Assembly (NCBI GenBank): GCA_040756655.1
Contig: JBFLYN010000006.1
Location: 19,865-83,864 of the forward strand
From: Bacillota bacterium
Lineage (GTDB): Bacteria > Bacillota > Sulfobacillia > UBA8153
Reading direction: 5' to 3'
DNA length: 64,000 bases
In this document: positions 29,580-39,532 of the stretch, in pieces
Layout: each line of letters starts with the position of its first letter
Position numbering within the stretch: the stretch's first letter is position 1
Notes under the pieces: model-generated
Told to the model about the DNA's origin: nothing
The model's database searches: none
Seen by the model: the letters and a program-made list of their open reading frames with translations, nothing else
Made by a program: the position numbers and the translations under genes

Positions 29580-30145
29580 CATGCTGGCACCGGGAACCGG
29601 TGCGCTAAGGCCGGCCGGGCGGGCACGGAGGCGAGCTACGGTGAGCAAGGGCCCGCTGGTGCTGAGGCTGGTGAGCCGGAACTCCTGCACAAGAGCGATG
29701 CGGGCAGCGTCGATCTGGCGAGCACCGGCGAAATGGCACCGTCGCCTTTCGCCGCACCGAGATGGCCAGAGAGCACAACGCCCGGTGCGACGAGGTGCTG
29801 GTGTGCCAACAAGCGCTGGCCGGGCTGGAGCCGGTGGTGGGCATGGTCAGGGACCTGGAGTTCGGCCCGGCCCTAGGTTCGGCCTGGGCGGCAGGGCCGT
29901 GGAGCTCTTCGGGGATGTCGCCTTCGGCGCGGCGCCGGTGACTCCCGCACCTGCCCCGCCACGTGATCGCCGGCACCCGCGCGGGCAGGCTCCTCTCCGG
30001 CTACCGCGGCGCCCACCTGAATTCGGTCGCAGTGGTGGACGTGCTCACCGGTGTTTCCCGCCTGTTGGAGGCCTACCCGGAGATCCAGGAAATCGCCTCA
30101 ACCCGCTGCGGGCCTACGAGAACGGGGCCCTCATCCTGGACACAA
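29580..30145 (+). pseudogene. Degenerate paralogue of the acyl-CoA synthetase beta gene
   Basis: Collinear DNA similarity to ~27240-27815 (shared TTCGGCCTGGGCGGCA and GTGGAGCTCTTCGGGGATGTCGCCTTCGG) with multiple frameshifts. Confidence 0.85.
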
Positions 30146-30272
30146 GGACCGGGGGACGCCACCATGGCGTCCCCCGGGGTTGTCCGTACCTTTGCCTGGC
30201 AGCCGGCCGGCCTTGGGCATACTCTGGACTCCCCGTACCCTTAGAGACTCCCCTAGCTACGCCCGATCCCCA

Positions 30273-32128
30273 GTCGAGTAGGAGGGGGCGGTTAACCCCC
30301 GTCCTCTCACACCACCCGGCATGCGGGTCCGCACCGGGCGGTTCACCAGGCACTTCGAAGTTCACGATAACCAGTGGCAAGGCTGATGAGTCCCTGGGCG
30401 CGCCCGTAGGCGATGCCTAGGACTCCGTTCAAGGGTCCCCCAGCCATCCGCCAGCAGCCCTTGCGGGACATGGCCTTCTGCCAGGCCTGCCGTTCCGGCA
30501 GACCCAGGGCGCGGAGTTCGCGTAGCCGGGGTACGAGGGAGTTTCCACTGCTTCCACAGGCATGCTCGCAGGCGGCGGCGGACCCAACCTTCGAGCTCCT
30601 CCAGCCACTTCTCGGCGTCAGCCCGGGCGAAGTAGGCCAGCCAGCCCTGGAGGTAGGTGTTGATGCGCCGGATGCGTTCCCCCAGGCTCAGGGGCTGGGT
30701 GCACCGGGTCAGTTCCCATAGGCGGGCTTTGACCCGGGCGCCGTTTCCGGTGCCAGGCGCAGCCGCACCCCTTGCCGTGAGCGGTAGAAGCTAAACCTCA
30801 GGAACTTACGTTGTTGGGGCCGGGCCACTGCACTCTTTCCCTCGTGGACCTTGAGTCGCAGCCGCTTGTGCAGGAAGGCTTTCACCGAGCTCATCACCCG
30901 CTGCGCCGCGCGTTCGCTGCGTACGTAGATGTTACAGTCGTCCGCGTAGCGAACGAAGTGGTGCCCGCGCTCTTCCAGGTTCCGGTCCAGTTCGTTGAGC
31001 AGGATGTTGGCCAGCAGCGGGCTTAGTGGGCCACCCTGGGGCGTGCCCTCCTCCGTCCTGACCTTCACCCCCTCACCATCACTCCCGCCTGAAGGTAGCG
31101 GCGGATCAGCCGTAGCACCCGCTTGTCCGCCACTTGGCGCGCCACCCGGGCCATCAGCACGTCGTGGTTGACCCGGTCGAAGAACTTCTCGATGTCCAGG
31201 TCCACCACCCAGGTGTAGCCTGCCTCGACCGCCTGATGGGCCGAGCGTCCCGGCCGGAACCCGTAACTGTGCTCCGAGAAATCCGGATCGAATACGGGCG
31301 TCAGTACCTGCAACAGCGCCTGCTGGATCAGCCGGTCCTTAACGGTGGGTATGCCCAAGAGGCGCACTCCGCCTTGCGGCTTCGGGATCTCCACCCGCCG
31401 CACGGGTTGCGGTCGGTAGTTTCCCGCCAGCAGTTGCTGGCGTACGCTGTGCCACTGCTCCCGCAGGAGCGCGTCCAGTTGCTGCACCGTCACTCCGTCG
31501 ATGCCCGGGACGCCTTTGTTCTGCTTGACCCGCTGTAGCGCGGTCAGCATGTTCGCCCGGGACACCACTTGCTCCATTAACCGCTCGTCTCGTTGCTCTT
31601 TGCAGGATGTGGGCTGGGGTTGTGCCGTCGGAAAACTCGGCCCTCTCACCGGCAGTAGTGGCAGTTGTTCTGTCACCCTGGGCGGGCAGGTCCCGGACGG
31701 GCTTTTCTGCTGTCGGGGCTTGCCGTGCGAACGCACCGCGTCCCATCCCTGCCTAGTGTTCGGCCCTTCCCAGCGGCACCGCCGCTGGTACGTATGGCCT
31801 CTGCTGACTCCTGCCGGCTCAACCGCGCCTCTCAGCGCGGGTTACCTTCCGGCGTGCCGGCAGGCCTCCCCGGGTAAGAACGAGTACTTTCACCGCACGC
31901 CCGCCCGGTCTACAGCACCGCCCTTGACCCATCTTGGGCTTTGCCTTGCAGGCTCACCCAGGCGATACTGCCTCGTCCAGGGTTCGTGCTCCTCGGGCCG
32001 CGGCTTTGCCTCCGGCTTCCTTCAGATTCCGCATCGCCGCGGACACCCTTGCCTTCGGCTAGGGGTTGTACGGGGCCACCCTCCCCACGGGACTTCCACC
32101 CGCTAGCACTCGCCCATGCCGGGCGCAC
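30273..32128 (-). mobile_element. Group II intron, class IIC
   Basis: 5' end GTGCGCCCGGCATGGG at 32128; domain V/VI GAACCGCCCGGTGCGGACCCGCATGCCGGGTGGTGTGAGAGG...CCTACTCGAC ending 30273; stem-loop just upstream of the 5' end. Confidence 0.93.
30350..31736 (-). pseudogene. ltrA: Group II intron RT/maturase, frameshifted, no endonuclease domain
   Basis: NKGVPGIDG, RLLGIPTVKDR, SYGFRPGRS, DIEKFFD in 31065..31736; GTPQGGPLSPLLANI and RYADD in 30709..31068; further breaks in the X domain. Confidence 0.9.
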
Positions 32129-32276
32129 AAGCTGGATGGTTGCGCTTCCGCTCAACCAACAGTACTGCCCCTAGTCCGGCCAGGACTAGCATGACGGCGC
32201 CACTTAGGAGGATTTGAGCCTAACCCGGTTTGGTGGACACCCCAGATTGGCTGTGCCAGCTCCTACCACGACCAAC

Positions 32277-32490
32277 TCAGCCGTCCTCTGCATCTAGACA
32301 TCTGCCCTCCGCAACCACGGTCTTAAGTGTCACCGGACGCAATGGCGGCCGGACAGAAGCCGGTGCAACCTCGCTCGCCTGGCACGCGAGTTCTTCGCAT
32401 AGAATGGCGGCGATGCTTCTTTGACACGTCCGCCCCTGGCATAAACCCATACCCGCCCTGGTTACATCCCTTCTTACCTCACACAACATA
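32277..32490 (-). pseudogene. BFD-like [2Fe-2S] subunit fragment (sarcosine/opine/proline oxidase type)
   Basis: TRAGMGLCQGRTC and RPPLRPV motifs; N-terminal CxC part missing. Confidence 0.65.
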
Positions 32491-32947
32491 TGTAGGATAA
32501 GCGGACGTATTAATACTGTCTCCTCCCTCTGCAGGCCCCACCCCGCCTTTCTACCGGGATCCAGCCCCTGCAGTGGTGCCGCGGGAATCAAACACGGCTT
32601 CCGGCGTTGTCATCTGGCTAGCTCGCTCGCAGGGGAGCGCGCATGACCGTCAAACAGCCGGCGATGTCGCCGGCGTATTGTTCACTGCCACCACTCCTAT
32701 GAAGAAGGGATTTTGGAGCCGATGCAGAAGTATAGCATCGGACGTATGACAGCAGAATACCCTTGTGCTAAGCCTGACGGCGGGCATCACCGGCAACGTT
32801 TACAGGAGTATTGGGTAACGTTGCCGAATTGAACCCGCAGATGTCCTACATGAGACTACGTACGTCCACTTAAGGCTCTTGGATGAAGCAGGAAAAATTA
32901 TAGCTTTTAGATAATGACCAATCTAAACCGAACACCAGGAGGGGTAT

Positions 32948-33661
32948 GTGAACGTGTTGATGGAACCCATCAAACGAGCTGCACTGATCGACGAAATTGT
33001 GGGCCAGCTCGAGCGGTTGGTTGCCGATGGCCGTCTGAAAGAGGGCGACCGCTTGCCCTCAGAGACCGACTTGGCTCGCCAGCTCGGTGTGGGCCGTGGC
33101 ACCGTGCGGGAAGCGCTGATCGTACTGGAAACCCGTAAGCTGGTGACCCGGTCCCGTCGTGGTACCGTGGTAACCAACAGCAGCCACCGTGAGGCCCTGA
33201 TGGAGGTCACCCGCCAGCGGCTGATCAAGCTCCCACAGATGCAGAACCTCTTGGAGGCACGCAAGGTACTGGAGATCGAACTATCTGCGCTGTGTGCTTC
33301 CCGCTGCACAGACGATGACGTCAGCGAGATGGCCGAATGTGTGGCTCGTATGGCCGGTGCGCAGGAACGCGGTGATATTGAGGCGTTTGCCAGCGCCGAC
33401 ACGGAGTTTCACATGCTGCTGGCCCAAGGTGCCCGGAACGAGGTTCTCGCTGCCATGCTTGAAATTGCCCGTGACTTGTTGGTTGAGGCGACTCGAGAGC
33501 TGGTGCAGCACGATGAGGCTCTCCGGCGCCGGGCCGTCAGCCACCACCAGGCCATCCTCGAGTGTGTGCGCAAAGAAGACCCGGCGGGGGCCCGGGCGGC
33601 CGCCGCGGCCCACTTGGCAGACGTTACCGATGCCATGGCACGTTTCCGGAGCAGGAACTAG
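32948..33661 (+). CDS. GntR/FadR-family transcriptional regulator
   Basis: LKEGDRLPSETDLARQLGVGRGTVREAL, FCD-domain DTEFH and HQAI. Confidence 0.93.
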   Translation: MNVLMEPIKRAALIDEIVGQLERLVADGRLKEGDRLPSETDLARQLGVGRGTVREALIVLETRKLVTRSRRGTVVTNSSHREALMEVTRQRLIKLPQMQNLLEARKVLEIELSALCASRCTDDDVSEMAECVARMAGAQERGDIEAFASADTEFHMLLAQGARNEVLAAMLEIARDLLVEATRELVQHDEALRRRAVSHHQAILECVRKEDPAGARAAAAAHLADVTDAMARFRSRN

Positions 33662-33749
33662 GGACCGGCTTGCCTCCGGTAGGACGGGGAGGTGATGTAA
33701 GCTCTACTGCAGTCTGGTGGTGTAACGTCTTTGACCGATCGCCACACGT

Positions 33750-34301
33750 GTGACCTTACAGTTTCCGTTACGGGTTCGGACCGGTGATCCCGGCCTTTTG
33801 TGGAAGAGAGAGGCAATAAGAATCGATCTTGACTTGTGCGCGGGCTGTTCTGCCTGCATCCCCTACTGCCCCATGAGAGCCATTTCGGAAGGGCCCGGGG
33901 GAATCACCATCGACCCAGACGAGTGCGTCGAATGCAATATCTGCCGTCACGCCGGCGTGTGCCCTACTGATGCGTTTTTTACGCCTGATCTGACCTGGCC
34001 ACGATCGTTGAGGCGGGTATTCAGCGATCCCCTGGCCACCCACGAGAGAGCACCGGTGTGCCCGGCCGCGGGACCACGTCTTCCCGCCCGGGAAGTACAG
34101 GAGATCTCGACCATGTGTGGCCACGGCATGGCAGTTCTTAGCCTCATTGAGCATTTAACCGACAAAGTGAAGCAGGGAACTGCGACCATGGACGCTGCAT
34201 GCAGGGCGCGGGCCCGCCAGTGCCACTGCGGCATTTTCAACCCGGCCCGCGCTGCCGAGCTCCTTCGAACCTACATCACTGGCCAAGACTGCAATACCTG
34301 A
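33750..34301 (+). pseudogene. Chimeric remnant: 4Fe-4S protein N-terminus joined to the C-terminus of a TMCGHG/CxCG(I)FNP protein
   Basis: CAGCSACIPYCP and CVECNIC..VCP then WPRSLRRVFSDP, followed abruptly by STMCGHGM..CHCGIFNPARA; no clear start/RBS. Confidence 0.55.
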
Positions 34302-34324
34302 AGCGACACGAGGAGGAACATGCC

Positions 34325-34801
34325 ATGAACCGCATCAAGACGGCTGAGGGCAGGGGTGGTCGCCTCATCGCAGCCCGACTGCTGCCAGGCAGCAATTTCG
34401 TGAAGGGCCTGGTTGAAGTCTGTGAAAGGCACGGCGTGAGGAACGGAGCGCTGCTTTCATGCATTGACAGCTTCAAAAAGACGGTCTTTCTCGACCCCAT
34501 TCCTCGTCCGGAACTTAAGGCCGGTTACGGACACGGCGATCCTTTGAGCGTAGATGGCCCAATAGAGCTATTGTCCCCATCGGGCTTTATCTGCCACGCC
34601 GATGACGGTCAAGTGCTTTTGCATGTCCATGCCAACATGTGCCTGGCCGACGGCAAGGCCTTCGGCGGTCACCTTACTGACGATGGTACCGAGGTTCTAC
34701 TGACCGCGGACGTGCTTATCCAGGAAGTGGATGGCATTGACATGGTACGCCGTTATGACGATGAGATGCAGATCCTGACGTTTTCTCCCACCCAGCTCTG
34801 A
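34325..34801 (+). CDS. PPC/DUF296 domain protein
   Basis: ARLLPG, PIELLSPSG, HVHA, GGHL; GAGGAGG RBS. Confidence 0.85.
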   Translation: MNRIKTAEGRGGRLIAARLLPGSNFVKGLVEVCERHGVRNGALLSCIDSFKKTVFLDPIPRPELKAGYGHGDPLSVDGPIELLSPSGFICHADDGQVLLHVHANMCLADGKAFGGHLTDDGTEVLLTADVLIQEVDGIDMVRRYDDEMQILTFSPTQL

Positions 34802-34803
34802 CC

Positions 34804-35074
34804 ATGGTTAGGGCAGGATCTTCGGGTATCTCTCCACCATGGTCGGCACCGACAGCTGCGAAGCAGCCGCGGGCACCGTCCGGGACGTGCTGTTGGACCT
34901 ATTCGGCGCATGCCGCCCGAACTCCGGCACCACGTGCAGGATCCGGTCACCGGCCAGCTGCGGGGCTTCTACCTGGTGTTGAACGAGAAGAACCTTAGCC
35001 TGCCGCATGCACTTGACCTGCAGCTGGCGCCCGGCGACATCCTTTCCGTGATCTCGCCCGTAGCTGGAGGCTGA
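34804..35074 (+). pseudogene. MoaD/ThiS-family sulfur carrier, frameshifted
   Basis: Joining frames gives ..RIFGYLSTMVG..GTVRDVL..LAPGDILSVISPVAGG*; two frame breaks near 34815 and 34905. Confidence 0.75.
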
Positions 35075-35091
35075 AGGAGGACTGTCGACAC

Positions 35092-36954
35092 ATGAAAGGT
35101 TACGCTGGACGTATTCTCAGGGTGGATCTGACCGCCGGCACCGTTGAGGCCCAGCCCCTGTCCCCGGACCTGGCTTGTGACTACGTGGGCGGCCGGGGCC
35201 TTGCCGCCCGTATACTGTATGACGAAGTAACTCCGGGGACCGACCCCTTGGGTCCTGATAACCTGTTCATCCTCGCCACCGGTCCGCTGGCCGGCAGCGG
35301 AATTGCCGGGAGCACCCGCTACATCACTGCCTGCAAATCACCGCTCACCGGCGGGTGGGGCGAAGCCAACGCCGCTGGCCGCTTTGGCCCCATGATGAAG
35401 GCAGCAGGTTTTGACGCCATCGTGGTCAAGGGCCAGTCCCCCACCCCGGTCTATCTTTACATAAACGGGGGCAAGGCCCAGATCAGGGACGCCCAGGAGC
35501 TATGGGGCCAGTTCATCGCCGATGCCCGCCAGGCGATCCTGGCCAAGACCGATCCTCACGCCGAAGTGGCCGTGATCGGGCCCGCAGGCGAACAGCAGTG
35601 CAAGTTCGCCTGCGTCATCAGCGAAAACAACCGCGCCGCCGGCCGGTCCGGCACAGGTGCGGTGATGGGTTCCAAGCGTCTCAAGGCAGTGGCCGTGTTC
35701 GGCGAGGACCGGCTGGAGGTCTACGACCAGGAGCGGCTCTCCCAATTGCGTAAAGAGATTGTCCGACTCTGTAACGAACACCCGGCCTGCCAAGGTTTTC
35801 GGGAAAACGGCACCGCCGGCGGGGTGGGACCCCACGACGCCCTGGGCATGTTCCCGGCGTACAACTTCCGCGAGGGAGTGTCGGACAACATCGACCTGGT
35901 GACCGGACCCACCATGACCAAGACCATCCTCTCGCGCCGCGATACGTGCGCCGGATGCCCGGTGGCATGCCGGCGGGTGGTCAGTATCGAAGACGGTCCG
36001 TTTGCCGTAGACTCCCGTTATGGAGGGCCGGAGTTTGAGACCATCGGATCACTGGGTACCTGCGTGGGGCTTTACGACCTCAAGGCCATCTCCAAGGCCA
36101 ACGAACTGTGCAATAAGTACGGTGTAGATACCATCAACGTTGGTCTTGCCATCGCCTGGGCCATGGAATGTTTTGAGCGGGGGGTATTTACCCTCGACGA
36201 CACCGGCGGGCTAGAGCTGAACTGGGGCAACGTCGACGCTATTTTCCAGTTGATCGCAGACATTAGCCTGCGGCACGGCCTGGGCGCATTGCTGGCTGAG
36301 GGGCTGAAGGTTGCTTCCCAGAGGGTGGGCAAGGGCAGCGAGGCTTATGCCATGCAGGTGAAGAACCAGGCTTTCCCGGTGCACATGCCCCGGGGCAAAG
36401 TCGGCCAAGGGCTTTCCTTTGCCACGTCCAACCGGGGCGCATGCCATACCCAGGGCATGCATGATACCACGTTGGAAGCCGGGAGGACCATGCCCGACAT
36501 CGGCTTCACCGACAAGTTCAAGGGACTTCCCCGCACGAGCAAGGCACTCAAGGGCGAGGCCATTGCACTGGCCCAGGACTTCCGCGCCATCCAGGATAGC
36601 CTCATCATCTGCAGGTTCACTTCCTGGGATTACGGGCCCACCCCACCCGCCATGCTGGCCGAAGCCATGCAGGCTATTACCGGCGAAAACTTCACTTCCG
36701 CCCGGTTCATGGAGATAGGGGCCAGGGTGTTCAATCTTTGCCGCCTCTTCAACGCGCGTGAAGGTTTTGACCGGAAGGATGATACCCTCCCCTCCCGGAT
36801 GGCCGAATCGCTACCGCGTGGAGCCACCAGCGGCTCGGTGATCACCCAGGATGATCTTGACCGTATGCTAGACGAATACTACGACTTCCGGGGCTGGACC
36901 CGCCAGGGGTTGCCGACTCCTGAGAAGCTCTCTGCTCTCGGCCTCAAAGTCTGA
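35092..36954 (+). CDS. Tungsten aldehyde:ferredoxin oxidoreductase family protein (paralogue 2)
   Basis: GYAGRILRVDLT, KSPLTG, AAGRSGTGAVMGSKRLKA, CAGCPVAC, GPEFET, NRGACH. Confidence 0.95.
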   Translation: MKGYAGRILRVDLTAGTVEAQPLSPDLACDYVGGRGLAARILYDEVTPGTDPLGPDNLFILATGPLAGSGIAGSTRYITACKSPLTGGWGEANAAGRFGPMMKAAGFDAIVVKGQSPTPVYLYINGGKAQIRDAQELWGQFIADARQAILAKTDPHAEVAVIGPAGEQQCKFACVISENNRAAGRSGTGAVMGSKRLKAVAVFGEDRLEVYDQERLSQLRKEIVRLCNEHPACQGFRENGTAGGVGPHDALGMFPAYNFREGVSDNIDLVTGPTMTKTILSRRDTCAGCPVACRRVVSIEDGPFAVDSRYGGPEFETIGSLGTCVGLYDLKAISKANELCNKYGVDTINVGLAIAWAMECFERGVFTLDDTGGLELNWGNVDAIFQLIADISLRHGLGALLAEGLKVASQRVGKGSEAYAMQVKNQAFPVHMPRGKVGQGLSFATSNRGACHTQGMHDTTLEAGRTMPDIGFTDKFKGLPRTSKALKGEAIALAQDFRAIQDSLIICRFTSWDYGPTPPAMLAEAMQAITGENFTSARFMEIGARVFNLCRLFNAREGFDRKDDTLPSRMAESLPRGATSGSVITQDDLDRMLDEYYDFRGWTRQGLPTPEKLSALGLKV

Positions 36955-36969
36955 GCGCAAAAGGCGACA

Positions 36970-36999
36970 TGGCCAGAGCGGGCTAGCCCGCTCTGGCCA
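36970..36999. terminator. Perfect 30-bp palindrome between convergent genes
   Basis: TGGCCAGAGCGGGCTAGCCCGCTCTGGCCA. Confidence 0.6.
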
Positions 37000-37070
37000 C
37001 TGTATTCGGTGGCCCGGTGACCTCAAGGCACAAGCGGCTCTAGTTCTACCATAGCCGCCGAAAAAGCCGC

Positions 37071-37739
37071 TTAGCCCAGCAACTCGGCTGCCAACCGGGC
37101 CACCAGGCTGCGGGCCAGGATAACCGGCAGGCCCGAGGTCGAGCGCACCAGGCGTTTCATAGCCTGGGTGTAGCCCATGCAGTCCATGACGATGATCTGG
37201 GCACCTGCCTGCTCTAACGCCATGGCGGCAGTCTTTAGTTCGCGTTCTGCCTCCTGGTAAGGGTTGGCTGCGGTCACGACCGGGTCTTGGAGTAGACCAG
37301 CCCACTTGTCCCTGGCCTGCTGGACCTGGACCGGGGAAGGGGTCATTATTCCTACGCGCCGGCCCCAGGCCAGGGCCGGGACGGCCTGGTGGAGCAACAG
37401 GTCGGGCTTGAGCAGCGGCGCACAGGTGGAAAACTCGGGGAAGGTCCCGGTGCAAAGAAGCAGGATACACCCGGTCCCCGGCTGGTCCAGCTCCTTTACA
37501 GCTTCTTCGACCCGGGGTAAGATATGCCGCTTCCCGATGGTTACTGGGCTCCCGTCCCTGAGCCTCGTCACCAGGGCATAATCGCCCGGCCCAGGCGCCA
37601 TGCCTTCGATGGCCAAGCGGCTGAGCCCGTCCAGGGCTCCGCGCTCCAGCACCTCGATCCCGGCTCCCCATACTTCAGAAAGCTCGGGAATCAAGTCCTC
37701 CCGTGGGGACTGGCCGATGGTCACTGTGCCCACTCTCAT
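37071..37739 (-). CDS. AroM-family protein
   Basis: TIGQSPREDL, GALDGL, LVTRLRDG, LLCTGTF, MDCMGY. Confidence 0.9.
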   Translation of the reverse strand: MRVGTVTIGQSPREDLIPELSEVWGAGIEVLERGALDGLSRLAIEGMAPGPGDYALVTRLRDGSPVTIGKRHILPRVEEAVKELDQPGTGCILLLCTGTFPEFSTCAPLLKPDLLLHQAVPALAWGRRVGIMTPSPVQVQQARDKWAGLLQDPVVTAANPYQEAERELKTAAMALEQAGAQIIVMDCMGYTQAMKRLVRSTSGLPVILARSLVARLAAELLG

Positions 37740-38572
37740 GCCTGCCCACCCTTTCTATAGACACAGCCCCGGTGCCCGCGGCACCCGGGCTGTCTGCCTT
37801 CACATTCTGCCAGCCAGTCCTGGGCTCCCGAGTGGCCCGCACCCTTTACCGCCAGTACTTCCTGCCAGACCTGGCCAGCTTGTTGGGCAGAGCCGGCGGC
37901 TATCACCAGGGTGGTGGCACCCTCTGCGCCGTCCAGTCCACCGCGCCCCACCACGGTTACCGCGCTCGCGCCCAGGATCCCCAGGGCCTCAACTTCGGTA
38001 ATGAGCCTTCCCGCCAGGGGCATCAAGCCCACGGCCATGCCCAGGCTCCGGCCGGGGCGCGTGCGACCCGCTGCTTGCACTGCAACACTCACCGGCACCG
38101 GTCCGAGCTTCTCGAGCCCGGCAGCGATGATCACCGTGGCGCCCTGGGCCATAAGCCCGGCCATGACCTGCCCGGGTGGTCCTCCCAGCTCGGCACCAGC
38201 CATCATGGCGGCGTTCCCCTGGGCATCGATGAGATTGGCACCGGTGATCACCACGTCCCTGGACCCAAGGGCGCACACCGCCTCGGCCAGCCGGTCGTCC
38301 ACGGGCGAAGGTACCCCGTTTTCCAGCAACAGGCTGTGCGGTGACGCACCGGGCGTGGCTGCCGCCCGGGTACCCCGGGGGCTCACGCGTCCCGAAATGT
38401 GCAGCTTCACCCCGGCCAGTTCCTCGGCCACGGCCGAGACGGTGGTGCCGCCCTTGAGCAGGATGCGCCCGCCCGCCCGGGCCGCCTCTACTTCGGGCAG
38501 GCGCGCTATGGCCCGGGCGATGAGTCGCTTGGCCTCGGGGACGGTTAGGGTGACCTGGAGTAGGTGCGTCAT
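37736..38572 (-). CDS. Conserved hypothetical protein (possible CoA-transferase/isomerase-like fold)
   Basis: LTVPEAKRLIA, GGTT, ITGANLID, GLEKL, C-terminal Cys cluster; translationally coupled in the operon. Confidence 0.7.
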   Translation of the reverse strand: MTHLLQVTLTVPEAKRLIARAIARLPEVEAARAGGRILLKGGTTVSAVAEELAGVKLHISGRVSPRGTRAAATPGASPHSLLLENGVPSPVDDRLAEAVCALGSRDVVITGANLIDAQGNAAMMAGAELGGPPGQVMAGLMAQGATVIIAAGLEKLGPVPVSVAVQAAGRTRPGRSLGMAVGLMPLAGRLITEVEALGILGASAVTVVGRGGLDGAEGATTLVIAAGSAQQAGQVWQEVLAVKGAGHSGAQDWLAECEGRQPGCRGHRGCVYRKGGQA

Positions 38573-39513
38573 TGTGGCCCACGGCCCGGGCCCTGGAGGT
38601 GGCTCATGCTACCATACAGGGCTACCAACCGGGCATACTCGTCCGCGTCATAGAACCGGGCCACACCCGTCCCGAATTCCTTGGCAACTTCCAGCACGAA
38701 CCGCACGGCCATCTCGATGTCGGCCGGAGGCGAGGCACCGGTGGCACAGCCGGGCACCACCACCTCGCTGGTCAGCGCCACGCCCACCACCGGGGCTGAA
38801 GTAACGCACGAGGGCTGCAGGATGCTGTTGATGTGGTAAAGGTCGTTGCCGTAAGGCGTGATGTCCTGGGTGGAAAGGGGCAGTACCACCGGGGGCCGGC
38901 CACTGGCTACTTCAGCCAGTTCCAGCAGGCGATGGCTGGCCTTAAGTATGTAGCCTTCTTTCACCGGCAGCGAGATGGCAAAACCGCGGGCGTTGACCAC
39001 CCGGTTACCACGAGTGGTGTCGATGGAGAGGATGGCGTCCATCTCCGGGCTCACTTCGTGGGAATTCATGGTGCGCATGTTCACCGGCGAGTCCATGAAC
39101 GGGACCGGGAAGTGCGGCCGGACCGGGGCATTGGGGCAGATATGGGTGGCGACGATGACGTCGCCCGCGAGCACATCGCCCCGGGCAGCCATTTGCCCGA
39201 GCTTGAGAGCAGCGGCGATGGCCACCACCGCCCCGTCCCCGTCCGAAACCAGCCCCACCCGTTCGGGCCGGGCACCTACACCGCCCAGGCGCCCGATAAT
39301 GCCCAGGGTGGGAGCTTCGCCTCCTCCCGACTTCCCACGAGTGCCCGGGAAGCGGAACCGCACAAAGTCGGTCTTGCCCCGGGGTGATGAAACCTCGATC
39401 ACCTCAAGCCCGCCGGCAAATTCCCGGCCTTCCAGGGTCTGGCGGAGCAATGTCCCGCCGGCTTGAGGGTGGTCAAGGAGTTCAAGTGCGTCGATTACCT
39501 GCCGTAGAGCCAT
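38569..39513 (-). CDS. DUF1177 family protein
   Basis: PTLGIIGRLGGVGARP..VSDGDGA, PVPFMDSP, SIDTTRGN, DITPYGNDLYHINSILQP, VPGCATGA. Confidence 0.88.
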   Translation of the reverse strand: MALRQVIDALELLDHPQAGGTLLRQTLEGREFAGGLEVIEVSSPRGKTDFVRFRFPGTRGKSGGGEAPTLGIIGRLGGVGARPERVGLVSDGDGAVVAIAAALKLGQMAARGDVLAGDVIVATHICPNAPVRPHFPVPFMDSPVNMRTMNSHEVSPEMDAILSIDTTRGNRVVNARGFAISLPVKEGYILKASHRLLELAEVASGRPPVVLPLSTQDITPYGNDLYHINSILQPSCVTSAPVVGVALTSEVVVPGCATGASPPADIEMAVRFVLEVAKEFGTGVARFYDADEYARLVALYGSMSHLQGPGRGPQ

Positions 39514-39532
39514 TGCGTGCACCTCCGCATAT

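Noticed and set aside
30350-31736. RT as part of a retron, DGR or defence system
   Set aside because: It is flanked by canonical group IIC intron ends; no template/variable repeats or effector genes
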